From the NCBI GenBank assembly GCA_018304505.1, contig JAGVWA010000001.1, forward strand, positions 1,537 through 65,536: 64,000 bases of DNA. Direction: 5' to 3'. Made by a program: the position numbers and the translations under genes. This document shows, piece after piece, positions 17,534-27,053 of the stretch. The notes beneath the pieces are model-generated. The model searched no databases. It was given only the letters and a program-made list of their open reading frames with translations, and was not told the origin of the DNA. This DNA is from Nanobdellati archaeon (GTDB lineage: Archaea > B1Sed10-29 > JAGVWA01). Within the stretch, counting starts at the first letter, position 1, and the number at the start of each line of letters is the position of its first letter.

Positions 17534-18787
17534 ATGCAGGTAACTGAACAGGAATTCGAAAACTTCATAAAACAACTAGACGAACCGGAATGGTACACAC
17601 AATACCGCAAGGACTGTTTCAAGAAATTCCAAACCCTGGACATGCCAGGCTTCAAGCAAGGCCTCAACATCAAGATCCAGCCTGACTTTGACTTCAACAG
17701 TGTACGGCCAAAGGCAAAACCAGAAGTCATCAAAAAAATCACCAACCCACACGATAGAATACAGATATACTCAGGAAACCAAATGCCGCACAACGATGAG
17801 CTAAAAGAATTCATCGCAGACAAATGGAAAGAGCCCGAAGACGAAAACAAGATCTACTACTTCAACGAAGCATTCGCAAACGACTTCAGCATAATAACAG
17901 GAACACCAGAAAAGCCAGCAGAAATACCAACAGAAACACCAACACAAAACCAAACAGAAACACCAACACAAAACCAAACAGAAACACCAACAGAACTGAA
18001 CGACTTTGCATACATAGCATATGAAATAACCGACACGCCCATAATAACAAAAACAATCATCCTCAGCAACAAGTTCATCCATGAAATAATCAACACAAAA
18101 ACAAGTTCAGGAAACACCATAAAGTACACAAGCGATGACGTACGAATTCTCGGTAACGGAAATCACGACCTTGGCTACTCAACAATACAAACCTTGGACA
18201 AACAGACCGTGCACATCCAAAAAAGAAAAGCCATCTGTGAAGCACAAATAAAGTGGAACCACTTCTGCTTCGGATCTATGTATACAAAATCAACAACCAA
18301 CAGCGATGTTAATTGCCCAGGGGTGGCAAACACGAACACTACACTTTTTATTGGCGACCAAGATCAGCAATTCGACCTATATGAAAACGTTAACAATAAC
18401 GCCCCTAAAACAAGGGCGTTTATAAAAACAGTTGGCGCGCTAAAAGGTAACGCAAAGGCCCTAACAGAAAGCCTGATCAGGGTTGACAAAAACGCTCATA
18501 ATTCATATGGACATGAAGCACAGCGCACAATACTATTAAGCGAAACTGCTGAAGCGGACGCAATCCCAAAACTTGAAATAAACAACAATGACGTCCAATG
18601 CAGCCATGCGTCAAGCGTCGGGCAAATTGATGAAGACCTGATGTTCTACCTACAAAGCAGAGGCCTAGACGACAAGACCTCGCAAAACATAGTAGTTAAA
18701 GGAACGTTCGAACCATACCTCAACATTTTCGACGAGTCTTTAGGTCAAGAGCTCGACCAAATTGTAGACAGGGCACTGAGCGGATAG
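17534..18787 (+). CDS. sufD: Fe-S cluster assembly protein SufD (with low-complexity insertion)
   Basis: C-terminal SufBD core (…HASSVGQIDEDLMFYLQSRGL…). Position and synteny after sufB support the call. Contains the (ETPTQNQT)n repeat. Confidence 0.8.
   Translation: MQVTEQEFENFIKQLDEPEWYTQYRKDCFKKFQTLDMPGFKQGLNIKIQPDFDFNSVRPKAKPEVIKKITNPHDRIQIYSGNQMPHNDELKEFIADKWKEPEDENKIYYFNEAFANDFSIITGTPEKPAEIPTETPTQNQTETPTQNQTETPTELNDFAYIAYEITDTPIITKTIILSNKFIHEIINTKTSSGNTIKYTSDDVRILGNGNHDLGYSTIQTLDKQTVHIQKRKAICEAQIKWNHFCFGSMYTKSTTNSDVNCPGVANTNTTLFIGDQDQQFDLYENVNNNAPKTRAFIKTVGALKGNAKALTESLIRVDKNAHNSYGHEAQRTILLSETAEADAIPKLEINNNDVQCSHASSVGQIDEDLMFYLQSRGLDDKTSQNIVVKGTFEPYLNIFDESLGQELDQIVDRALSG
17906..17996 (+). 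repeat. 24-nt tandem repeat (~2.5-3 units, acagaaacaccaacacaaaaccaa) inside sufD
   Basis: Direct reading: unit at 17930-17953 and 17954-17977 plus partial flanking copies. Encodes TETPTQNQ repeats. Confidence 0.8.
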
Positions 18788-18788
18788 C

Positions 18789-20027
18789 ATGAAAATAGAC
18801 AACAGCAGAGCAAAACAACTACGACTAGACTTTCCTATTCTAAATTCTAACAAAAACGGCAAGCCGATAATCTACCTCGACAACGGGGCCACGACACAAA
18901 AGCCGCAGCAAGTCATCAACGCAATCTCAGCATTCTACGAAACACAAAACGCCAACATACACCGCGGATTGTACAAACTGAGCCAAGAAGCGACAGAAGC
19001 ATACGAGCAAGCCCACGCTTTTACAGAAAAATTCATCAACGCAAACCCCCATGAAGTGATCTTCACAAGCGGCACAACCGACTCGATCAACATGCTAGCG
19101 TTCACACTCCCAGAGATTACAAATGGAAAAAACATCGTGCTAACAGAAATGGAGCACCACGCCAACCTCGTGCCGTGGCAACAACTAGCCAAAAGAAACA
19201 GCATGAAACTTAAGTTTATCCCAATTAAAGACGACTTCACCCTAGACTACGCGGCAGCAGAACAACTAATAACAGAGGACACTGCGATCGTTTCCATTGT
19301 GCACACATCAAACGTGCTGGGCACACAGAACGACGCCAAACGCATTTGCGCGCTCGCAAAGGACAACAACGCAATTTCAATAATAGACGCCGCACAGTCA
19401 ATTCCTCATTCAAAAATCGACGTCAAGCGCATTGACTGCGACTTCCTAGCATTTTCAGGGCACAAGATGTGCGGGCCAACAGGCACAGGGGGGTTGTATG
19501 GAAAACATGACCTTCTTGAAGAATTGCCACCATACAAAACTGGTGGGGACATGATCAGGTCAGTCAGCAAAGAAAACGCAGAATGGAACGACCTGCCGAT
19601 GAAATTCGAGGCAGGCACGCCGAACATTGCCGGCGCAATCGGCCTAAGCGAGGCCATAACCTATTTGGAAAACATCGGCATGGAAAACATAGAAGCGTGG
19701 GAAAAACAGCTGCTAAAATACGCGCTGGAAAAAACGCAAGAAGTCGGCGCAATAACAACATTCAACCCCGGCGTAGAGAAAAGCGCCGGCATCCTCTCAT
19801 TCAACATAGCAGGGATACATTCCCACGACCTGGCATCATTACTCGACGATGACAACATCTGCATCAGGGCCGGACACCACTGCGCCATGCCCCTAATGAC
19901 AAAGCTTGGCATACCCGGAACGGCAAGGGCGAGCTTCTACGTGTACAACACAACAGAAGACATCGACGCCCTCATCACTGGAATTAAACACACAAAACAA
20001 GTATTCGCAAAGGGAATACCAAAATGA
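18789..20027 (+). CDS. sufS: cysteine desulfurase SufS (class V aminotransferase)
   Basis: PLP-lysine region FLAFSGHKMCGPTGTGGLYGK and C-terminal RAGHHCAMPLM (catalytic Cys). Confidence 0.9.
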   Translation: MKIDNSRAKQLRLDFPILNSNKNGKPIIYLDNGATTQKPQQVINAISAFYETQNANIHRGLYKLSQEATEAYEQAHAFTEKFINANPHEVIFTSGTTDSINMLAFTLPEITNGKNIVLTEMEHHANLVPWQQLAKRNSMKLKFIPIKDDFTLDYAAAEQLITEDTAIVSIVHTSNVLGTQNDAKRICALAKDNNAISIIDAAQSIPHSKIDVKRIDCDFLAFSGHKMCGPTGTGGLYGKHDLLEELPPYKTGGDMIRSVSKENAEWNDLPMKFEAGTPNIAGAIGLSEAITYLENIGMENIEAWEKQLLKYALEKTQEVGAITTFNPGVEKSAGILSFNIAGIHSHDLASLLDDDNICIRAGHHCAMPLMTKLGIPGTARASFYVYNTTEDIDALITGIKHTKQVFAKGIPK

Positions 20028-20431
20028 GCAACATTGAAGAAACGCTATCAGAAGAAATGTACAGAGAACACATACTTGACTTGTACAAGAGCCCGCACAA
20101 TTTTGGAGACCTTGAGGGTGCAACCCATAAACACAAGGGTTTCAATCCACTATGCGGCGATGAAATAACAGTCCAATTAATAATAAAAGACGGCAAAGTA
20201 CAAGCCGTAAAATTCAAAGGCCAGGGTTGTGCAATCAACATTGCATCATCATCATTACTGACTGACGAGATTAAGGGAAAAACAACACAGGCAATTATGG
20301 AAATGAAAACGCCGGATGTCCTTGACCTGATGAAGATACCGATAAGTAGTGTAAGATTCAAGTGCGCCCTACTGGGCCTTGAGACATTGCAAAAAGCAGT
20401 ACAAGGAAGTGAACCCGATGGAAATGCTTGA
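20024..20431 (+). CDS. sufU: SufU/NifU-like Fe-S scaffold (SufE-like domain)
   Basis: HNFGDLEGATHKHKGFNPLCGDEITVQL...GQGCAINIASSS...RFKCALLGL carries the three conserved Cys of SufU/IscU-type scaffolds. Confidence 0.8.
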   Translation: MSNIEETLSEEMYREHILDLYKSPHNFGDLEGATHKHKGFNPLCGDEITVQLIIKDGKVQAVKFKGQGCAINIASSSLLTDEIKGKTTQAIMEMKTPDVLDLMKIPISSVRFKCALLGLETLQKAVQGSEPDGNA

Positions 20432-21167
20432 AATCAAAGACCTGCACGTTAGTGCTAACGGAAAAGAAATCCTGAGAGGAATAAACCTGAAAATAGAACA
20501 GGGCAAGGTGACGGCGCTGATGGGCCCAAACGGCAGTGGTAAAAGTACCCTGTCAAATGTTATCATGGGCAACCCAAAATATGAAATAACCAAAGGACAA
20601 ATCCTCTTCAACGGAAGCGACATCCAGAACCTGAAACCGAATGAACGGGCGCATCTTGGAATTTTCATGTCGTTTCAGTACCCGCAAGAAATCCCGGGAG
20701 TCAGGCTCTCCAATTTTCTCAGAACAGTTCTGAACAGCTATCGAGACAAGAACGACAAACTCTCAGTAGTTGACTTCCACAACATTCTGAACGAAAAGCT
20801 TAAGCTTTTAAAAATGGACAAGGGCTTCGCAGCCAAATGGTTTTCTGGATTTTCTGGCGGAGAAAAAAAGCGGGCAGAGGTGTTGCAAATGGCAATGCTC
20901 AACCCGAAACTAGCGATACTTGATGAAACAGATTCGGGGCTTGACATCGACGCGTTAAAAGCAGTAGCTTACGGAGTCAATTCAATCATGACAAAGGACA
21001 AGGCAATACTCATCATTACGCACTACAAACGCATTCTCGATTACATAAAACCTGACCAACTCTACGTTATGCACGATGGGAAAATAGTAAAATCAGGCAC
21101 GGGCGACCTAGTAGACAAGCTTGAACAGGAAGGGTATTCTTGGATTGCCAATGAAAACGAAAATTGA
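20418..21167 (+). CDS. sufC: Fe-S cluster assembly ATPase SufC
   Basis: Walker A (GPNGSGKST), ABC signature (LSGGEKKR) and Walker B (ILDETDSGLD). ATG at 20418 overlaps the end of sufU. Confidence 0.9.
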   Translation: MEMLEIKDLHVSANGKEILRGINLKIEQGKVTALMGPNGSGKSTLSNVIMGNPKYEITKGQILFNGSDIQNLKPNERAHLGIFMSFQYPQEIPGVRLSNFLRTVLNSYRDKNDKLSVVDFHNILNEKLKLLKMDKGFAAKWFSGFSGGEKKRAEVLQMAMLNPKLAILDETDSGLDIDALKAVAYGVNSIMTKDKAILIITHYKRILDYIKPDQLYVMHDGKIVKSGTGDLVDKLEQEGYSWIANENEN

Positions 21168-21297
21168 CAAGAATCCGAGATGTCGGCAATCCCCAACACT
21201 TGCGACAATGCGCGAAGAAATCGGTGTACGTCGCGAATACCTTTATAAATGAAACTCAGGTTTAATTATCACCAACATAAAAGAAGGTGGCAAAACC

Positions 21298-21429
21298 ATG
21301 TGGCAGAACACAATTAGCGGCACCGGGCTAGAAAATACTGATCCGGACATCGAAGCAGTCTTGAGAGAATTGGACATAGGATTAAACAAAACCACACCGA
21401 CCATACCCTCGGCAAAACAACTAACATAA
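21298..21429 (+). CDS. small SD-led ORF (43 aa), hypothetical
   Basis: Strong RBS aagaaggtgg 8 nt upstream. TATA-like tttaattatcac at 21261-21272. Confidence 0.2.
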   Translation: MWQNTISGTGLENTDPDIEAVLRELDIGLNKTTPTIPSAKQLT

Positions 21430-21457
21430 ATCCAATAAAACAGAAGGAGAAATTAAC

Positions 21458-21727
21458 ATGTGGGAAATTAAGCCAGTTAACAGTTTCGAAGCAATCGACT
21501 TAATAGACACCAGTAGCCCTGAAAGGCGAATGAGGTTCCAACACACGGGTCTAGACCTGAAAGAAACAATTTTCCCTGCAATTGATGGCGGCTTTGTAAT
21601 ACAAAGGGTATTAAACGATGGAGACGCAGTTTCGTCAGAAGCGTTTGTAGCAGAGACCGCACATGACCTTGATCAACTTCCATCAAGCAGGGAGCCGGAA
21701 AACTGGAAGAAAGTCGAGATTTTCTAG
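21458..21727 (+). CDS. hypothetical protein
   Basis: 89-aa ORF with GGAG RBS (cagaaggagaaattaacatg). Confidence 0.35.
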   Translation: MWEIKPVNSFEAIDLIDTSSPERRMRFQHTGLDLKETIFPAIDGGFVIQRVLNDGDAVSSEAFVAETAHDLDQLPSSREPENWKKVEIF

Positions 21728-21803
21728 GCAAGGCAAAAGCTTTAATTATCACTTGTGCGCCAAAGAACATCGAACCACCAAAATACAAAGGAGGAACAAT
21801 AAC

Positions 21804-22061
21804 ATGGCGAAATACAAGGTAACGCTAAATCGGGAAGAATGCATCGGCGCAGGAGTCTGCGTGGCAGAAGCCCCAGAAAAATGGAAAATGAACAATGACG
21901 GAAAAGTAGACGCGCTAGATGGAACAAAAAATGGCGACAATTCGCTGCATGAATTCGAGATCAGTGAAGAGCAGCTAGACAAGGTGCTAAGGTCCGCGCA
22001 AGTGTGCCCAGTGACAGTTATACACATCAAGAACCTTGACACTGGCGAGGAACTCATCTAA
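21804..22061 (+). CDS. mono-cluster ferredoxin (Fer4_13/15-type)
   Basis: KVTLNREECIGAGVCVAEAPEKW...QVCPVTVI gives CxxGxxC...CP ligands. GGAGG RBS; tttaattatcac at 21741-21752. Confidence 0.6.
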   Translation: MAKYKVTLNREECIGAGVCVAEAPEKWKMNNDGKVDALDGTKNGDNSLHEFEISEEQLDKVLRSAQVCPVTVIHIKNLDTGEELI

Positions 22062-22149
22062 ACAAAAAACCCCATTTTGAAAAAACCAAGAAAAGTATAA
22101 TAACCATTAGTGATTAACTCCACTAAATAACGAAATTGGAGGGTCACTG

Positions 22150-22419
22150 ATGGCAGAAGAATCGCACTTACTGGAGTTCTATGGAGACGAATGCGGACCG
22201 TGCAAGCTAATGAAACCCATAGTCGACAAACTAAACGAAGAAGGCCTCAACATCCAACGACTAGAAGTGTGGCACGATGCAGAAAACGCCGCGCTGATGG
22301 AGAAATACGATCAAGGACGATGCGGCGGCGTTCCTTACTTTTACAACACGAAAACCGGGAAAAGCCTTTGCGGCGCGCAAGATTACGAAACAATCAAGGC
22401 ATGGGCGCAGGGAGCATGA
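22150..22419 (+). CDS. thioredoxin/glutaredoxin-like small protein
   Basis: FYGDECGPCKLMKP contains a CGPC active site; GGAGGG RBS. Confidence 0.7.
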   Translation: MAEESHLLEFYGDECGPCKLMKPIVDKLNEEGLNIQRLEVWHDAENAALMEKYDQGRCGGVPYFYNTKTGKSLCGAQDYETIKAWAQGA

Positions 22420-22422
22420 CAA

Positions 22423-23343
22423 ATGCAGCTCACAATACTTGATCAAGGCACGCACCCATTACAAAAACCCGACTGGCTCAAACTCAAAATGCAACCCACC
22501 TGGGCGTTCAATAGCATAAAACAAACCATAAAGGAACTAGAGCTACACACCGTGTGTGAAGAAGCGCACTGCCCAAACCAGAACGAGTGCTGGTCAAGCG
22601 GCACAGCAACATTCATGGTCCTCGGCGACACGTGCACCCGGGCATGCAAATTCTGCAACATCAAAACTGGATTTCCCGGAAAACCAGTAGACCAAACTGA
22701 ACCAAAAAGGCTGGCGCAAGCAGTCAAACAATGGAATCTCGATTACGTCGTCATCACGAGTGTTGACAGAGACGACCTAGCAGACCAGGGCTCGACTCAC
22801 TTTGCAAACTGCATTGCTGAAATCAAAAAGCAGCGCCCTGAAACCATCATTGAAGTGCTCATTCCCGATTTCAGGGGCAGCATGGCGTGCCTCGACAGAA
22901 TCATCAATGCTAAGCCAGACGTCATTGCCCATAATATCGAAGTTGTCAAAGAACTTCAAAAGACAGCAAGAGACCCGCGGGCAAACTACACACAGTCATT
23001 GGCAGTGCTTGAATACCCAAAACTGGTAAACCCTGAAATCGTGACAAAGACCAGCATCATGCTCGGCCTCGGTGAAACCCGGAGCGAGGTAATAGAACTA
23101 ATGCAAGACCTGCTTGATCATAAAGTCGACATTCTCACCATAGGCCAATACGCGCGCCCATCGCCCAAACATCTACCTGTAATCGAATACGTGCACCCAG
23201 ACACGTTCAAGTTCTACGAAAAACAAGCGCTAGAAATGGGCTTCAAGTACTGCGCATCAGGGCCATTTGTACGGGGCAGTTACAAGGCACGCGACGTATT
23301 CGATAGCCTATTAAATAAGAATCACTTAATGACAACAATATGA
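22423..23343 (+). CDS. lipA: lipoyl synthase
   Basis: Both LipA cluster motifs are present: CEEAHCPNQNEC and radical-SAM CTRACKFC. Confidence 0.9.
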   Translation: MQLTILDQGTHPLQKPDWLKLKMQPTWAFNSIKQTIKELELHTVCEEAHCPNQNECWSSGTATFMVLGDTCTRACKFCNIKTGFPGKPVDQTEPKRLAQAVKQWNLDYVVITSVDRDDLADQGSTHFANCIAEIKKQRPETIIEVLIPDFRGSMACLDRIINAKPDVIAHNIEVVKELQKTARDPRANYTQSLAVLEYPKLVNPEIVTKTSIMLGLGETRSEVIELMQDLLDHKVDILTIGQYARPSPKHLPVIEYVHPDTFKFYEKQALEMGFKYCASGPFVRGSYKARDVFDSLLNKNHLMTTI

Positions 23344-24422
23344 CGCTCGCAACTGATTTCGACCCCATGAAAGGGAAGATGCTCCAAATCCTCGACAAGA
23401 CTGGGAAGGTCATAAATAAAAAACTAGAGCCAAAACTATCAAAACAAGACTTATTGAAGATATACAAACTCATGGCCCTCGCGCGGAGAGCAGACGACAA
23501 AAGATTAAAAATGCAGCGCACGGGCCGCATGGGAACTTTCGCAGAATCAAAAGGCCAAGAAGCAGCCCAAGTACCTGTAGTAATGCAACTGACGAAAAAA
23601 GACTGGCTAGTACCTTCATTCAGGGAACTGCCTGCGCAAATTACGTTTGGCCTGCCAATCGAAAATGATTACCTTTATTACATGGGGAACGAAAAAGGCA
23701 TGCAGCAAATCCCAAAAGACCTAAACATGGCGCCAATCAGCGTGCCAGTTGGCACCCAAACGTTACACGCAGTCGGCATTGCGTGGGCTGAAAAACTCAA
23801 GAAAACCAAGAACGTCACGGTGTGCTATTTTGGCGACGGCGGTACAAGCGAAGGAGATTTCCACGAAGCCATGAACTTCGCAGGCGTATTCAAAACACCA
23901 GTAGTGTTCATTTGCCAAAACAACCAATACGCTATCAGCGTGCCAAGGGAAAAACAAACAGCTTCCAAGACAATAGCGCAAAAAGCCATCGGGTACGGCA
24001 TGGAGGGAATACAAGTCGACGGTAACGATCCATTGGCAATGTACGTGGCAGGAAAATACGCAATCGAAAAAGCCCGAAAAGGCGGAGGCTCGACGCTTAT
24101 CGAAGCATACACGTACCGGCTAGCGAACCACACAACAGCAGACGACGCCACCAAATACAGGACTGAAAAAGAAGTCAAGGAATGGGAAAAGAAAGACCCC
24201 ATACTTAGATGGACCACATACTTGAAAGCAAAGAAAGCAATCACGGACAAGTTCATAAAAGAAACCGATGAGTGGGTTGAACAGGAAGTGGCGCGGGCAA
24301 CAAAAGCAGCAGAAGAAACCCCAAAGATCAGCATTGATGACATCTTTGATTACACTTACGAGACAACGCCACAATACCTAGAAGAGCAAAAGCAAGAAGT
24401 GAAGAAGTACTATCCAGAATGA
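23340..24422 (+). CDS. 2-oxoacid dehydrogenase E1 component alpha subunit (TPP-dependent)
   Basis: TPP-binding motif YFGDGGTSEGDFHEAMNFAGVFKTPVVFICQNNQYAIS. Confidence 0.9.
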   Translation: MTLATDFDPMKGKMLQILDKTGKVINKKLEPKLSKQDLLKIYKLMALARRADDKRLKMQRTGRMGTFAESKGQEAAQVPVVMQLTKKDWLVPSFRELPAQITFGLPIENDYLYYMGNEKGMQQIPKDLNMAPISVPVGTQTLHAVGIAWAEKLKKTKNVTVCYFGDGGTSEGDFHEAMNFAGVFKTPVVFICQNNQYAISVPREKQTASKTIAQKAIGYGMEGIQVDGNDPLAMYVAGKYAIEKARKGGGSTLIEAYTYRLANHTTADDATKYRTEKEVKEWEKKDPILRWTTYLKAKKAITDKFIKETDEWVEQEVARATKAAEETPKISIDDIFDYTYETTPQYLEEQKQEVKKYYPE

Positions 24423-25411
24423 CATTGCAGAGTGACTTAATGACGAAAATGAACATGGCAGAAGCATTGAACCTGGCATTGAAGCAGGAAATGCAACGCG
24501 ACAAAACAGTGCTTGTGTTGGGAGAGGACGTCGGCGTAGACGGCGGAGTCTTTCGAATAACGGACGGCCTGCTCGAAAAATTCGGGGAAAACCGCGTCAT
24601 AGACACCCCCCTCGCAGAGTCTGGAATTGTAGGCACATCAATCGGCCTGAGCATGAATGGCTTCAAGCCAGTTGCTGAGATACAATTCTCTGGCTTCTCA
24701 TACCTCGGTTTCGACCAGCTTGCAGAGCACGCCAGCAGAATGAGGAACAGATCCAAAGGACGCTTCAGCTGCCCAATGGTAGTTAGAATGCCGTACGGCG
24801 GCGGCGTAAGGGCGCTGGAACACCACAGCGAAAGTTACGAAACGATTTACGCTCATCCCCCCGGCTTCAAGGTAGTCATCCCGTCAAGGCCATACGACGC
24901 AAAAGGTCTCCTTATTTCAGCAATACGAGACCCCGATCCAGTAATCTTCATGGAACCAAAGCGCGTATATCGAATGATCAAGGAAGAGGTTCCAGAAGAA
25001 GAGTACACAATACCACTAGGCCAAGCCAACGTGGTACAAGAAGGCAGCGACGTGACGCTGATAACTTATGGCTCGATGCTGCACACGTGCCTACCAGCAA
25101 TGGAACAGCTCAGCAACGTCAGCATAGAACTCATAGACTTGAGAACTGTAAAACCGCTAGACAGCGCAACAGTGATAGAAAGCGTCAAAAAAACCGGGCG
25201 CTGCGTCATTGTGCATGAAGCTCCAAGGACCTGCGGCATCGCTGCCGAGTTGATTGCACGCATCAATGAAAAAGCCTTTTTCAATTTAAACGCGCCCGTG
25301 GAGAGGGTGACTGGCTACGACACGATCATCCCATTGATGCAGCGCGAACAGGAATACCTGCCACAGCCAGCAAAAATAGTTGACGCAATAAACAGGACAA
25401 TGCAATACTAA
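24419..25411 (+). CDS. 2-oxoacid dehydrogenase E1 component beta subunit
   Basis: Transketolase-like pyrimidine-binding and C-terminal domains (…VLVLGEDVG…GGVF…, …PKRVYRMIKEE…). Start is translationally coupled to E1alpha. Confidence 0.9.
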   Translation: MTLQSDLMTKMNMAEALNLALKQEMQRDKTVLVLGEDVGVDGGVFRITDGLLEKFGENRVIDTPLAESGIVGTSIGLSMNGFKPVAEIQFSGFSYLGFDQLAEHASRMRNRSKGRFSCPMVVRMPYGGGVRALEHHSESYETIYAHPPGFKVVIPSRPYDAKGLLISAIRDPDPVIFMEPKRVYRMIKEEVPEEEYTIPLGQANVVQEGSDVTLITYGSMLHTCLPAMEQLSNVSIELIDLRTVKPLDSATVIESVKKTGRCVIVHEAPRTCGIAAELIARINEKAFFNLNAPVERVTGYDTIIPLMQREQEYLPQPAKIVDAINRTMQY

Positions 25412-25469
25412 TTCTAAATATCAGCGTAAATAATTAACGTTAACAAGAGATAGAGTAAACTAGTTAAAA

Positions 25470-25484
25470 CTAGAAACCACTAGC
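25470..25484 (+). promoter_or_regulatory. conserved upstream element of the PIN gene family (copy 2)
   Basis: ctagaaaccactag followed by cccccgttctat, shared with copy 3. Confidence 0.5.
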
Positions 25485-25493
25485 CCCCGTTCT

Positions 25494-25931
25494 ATGAGCT
25501 ATCTATTCAATAAACCCTACTATGGGGCAATGCCAAAACTAGCATACTGCGACACGTGCGTATATCTAGATTACTATAGCGAAAGAAAACGCTCAGTAGA
25601 AGCCTTCAAATTTTTCACAGAGGTTATATCCTGTAGATACAATTTAGTGATTTCCAACTGGCTATTAACAGAGCTCAAAAAATTCGTTGAGGCAGATCAA
25701 ACAAACTCCCCCCTGTTACAGCATCTACGCAACATGAAAAAAATCGTGTGCGTTTCTGCATCTGAAGCAGACTTTGAAAATGCGAAGAGAATAAACCCAA
25801 TCAATTGGCAAGATTCATTACACGCGCTCCTTGCACAAAGAGCCAGCGCTGACGTTTTTATAACTAGAAATTTAAAAGATTTCGTGCAGTATAGCGAATT
25901 ATTCGAGATTAAACTCCCTGAAGATAGCTGA
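25494..25931 (+). CDS. PIN-domain (VapC-like) protein, family copy 2
   Basis: AYCDTCVYLDYYSE...ISNWLLTELKK...QDSLHALLAQRASADVFITRNLKDF parallels copy 1. Shares the upstream ctagaaaccac(t/c)ag element. Confidence 0.6.
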   Translation: MSYLFNKPYYGAMPKLAYCDTCVYLDYYSERKRSVEAFKFFTEVISCRYNLVISNWLLTELKKFVEADQTNSPLLQHLRNMKKIVCVSASEADFENAKRINPINWQDSLHALLAQRASADVFITRNLKDFVQYSELFEIKLPEDS

Positions 25932-26111
25932 TCTGTTTGGGTCAAGCTCAAACTCTTCAGCAAGCTTTCTCCTAGCTACTTTGGTGAACTTTCGAATTTT
26001 TGAACTCTGAAAATCAACTAACCCAATTGCTAAAGCAGCTTCATTAGGTGATTTTTCCGTAAGCTCAAGTGCAGCCAGCTCCTGCTTTGCACTAATTGAT
26101 AAACCCATCAT
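25899..26111 (-). CDS. hypothetical small ORF convergent with PIN copy 2
   Basis: 70-aa ORF overlapping the PIN gene 3' end. Same arrangement as 11017..11238. Confidence 0.2.
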   Translation of the reverse strand: MMGLSISAKQELAALELTEKSPNEAALAIGLVDFQSSKIRKFTKVARRKLAEEFELDPNRSAIFREFNLE

Positions 26112-26232
26112 TTATCTTATCACTAACCAAATATTTAAAACCTCTTAAACCATATATTAAAACTAAACTATTCCAAGCAAGGAAAAAATCAGCGCTATTT
26201 CTTAGTTGGAATCAACTTGTTGAACCCCCATG

Positions 26233-27003
26233 TTACTTCACAAACCGATTTAGTAACGGCACAAACAAGTCAGCCACTACAAGGCCCCCAATTACGCCCA
26301 AGCCCCACGGCGTGAACGACAAAGCGAACGTGGCAAGGGCTGCGATGCCAGCAAAAATCATCCTTCCCTTACGCCGCGGCAGCGTCATGGGCTCGACAAG
26401 CATTATGCACGCGAAGAAAAACGTTGTCGGGTCAAGCACAAAGGCCTGAACAAAACCAAAGCCGATGGACCCTGTAGACAAAAATGCCTGCACGCCAAAC
26501 AGCGCCGTTAAGATTGCAAGGAACGGCACAGTCACGCTCCATAGTGTCCTCTGGCGATACGTGAGATAGAAAACAGCCACTATGAACAACGATCCGGTGA
26601 ACCACCAAGACTGGCTCGCGTTGGCGAACAGCAATGACGTAAGGAAAATTCCGAAATTTGCAGGGTTGAAAATATGCCCCTTATTTATCTTGATGATGCG
26701 CTTGCCCAACATCGCTATCGGCCCAACGAGCGCAGCTACCAAGAAGTCCTGCGTGAAAAACACGCCGCCAATGATTAGGGCGCTCACCATGGCGCTGTCG
26801 CTGACAATGAGCTTTTTTTCGTCAATGTACTTGATAACGGAATCAGACGCGAGGGTAGAGAACACGATCAAGAGCCAGAACGGCAAATAATCGAGGCCAA
26901 CGACTTGGTAATTAACAGCGCTCAGGATCAGCAGCACTACAATTAGTAAGTGCTTCAGAGGCATCATTTTGAACTTGTTGTATAACTCACTGAGCTGCAT
27001 CAC
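26233..27003 (-). CDS. polytopic membrane protein, RnfD/NqrB-like
   Basis: GHIFNPANFGI and FFFACIMLVEPMTLP resemble the NPA and FMiTDP.T.P motifs of RnfD/NqrB. Protein is short (256 aa). Confidence 0.35.
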   Translation of the reverse strand: MMQLSELYNKFKMMPLKHLLIVVLLILSAVNYQVVGLDYLPFWLLIVFSTLASDSVIKYIDEKKLIVSDSAMVSALIIGGVFFTQDFLVAALVGPIAMLGKRIIKINKGHIFNPANFGIFLTSLLFANASQSWWFTGSLFIVAVFYLTYRQRTLWSVTVPFLAILTALFGVQAFLSTGSIGFGFVQAFVLDPTTFFFACIMLVEPMTLPRRKGRMIFAGIAALATFALSFTPWGLGVIGGLVVADLFVPLLNRFVK

Positions 27004-27053
27004 TTCTAGAAATCAGGCGTCTTTTAAATACATTGCCATATACAATTAGTTGC

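Noticed and set aside
17801-18129. Cys/Phe/Trp-rich antisense ORFs (93 and 90 aa) opposite sufD
   Set aside because: They are antisense to the sufD tandem-repeat region. They are generated by the low-complexity repeat and have no start context.
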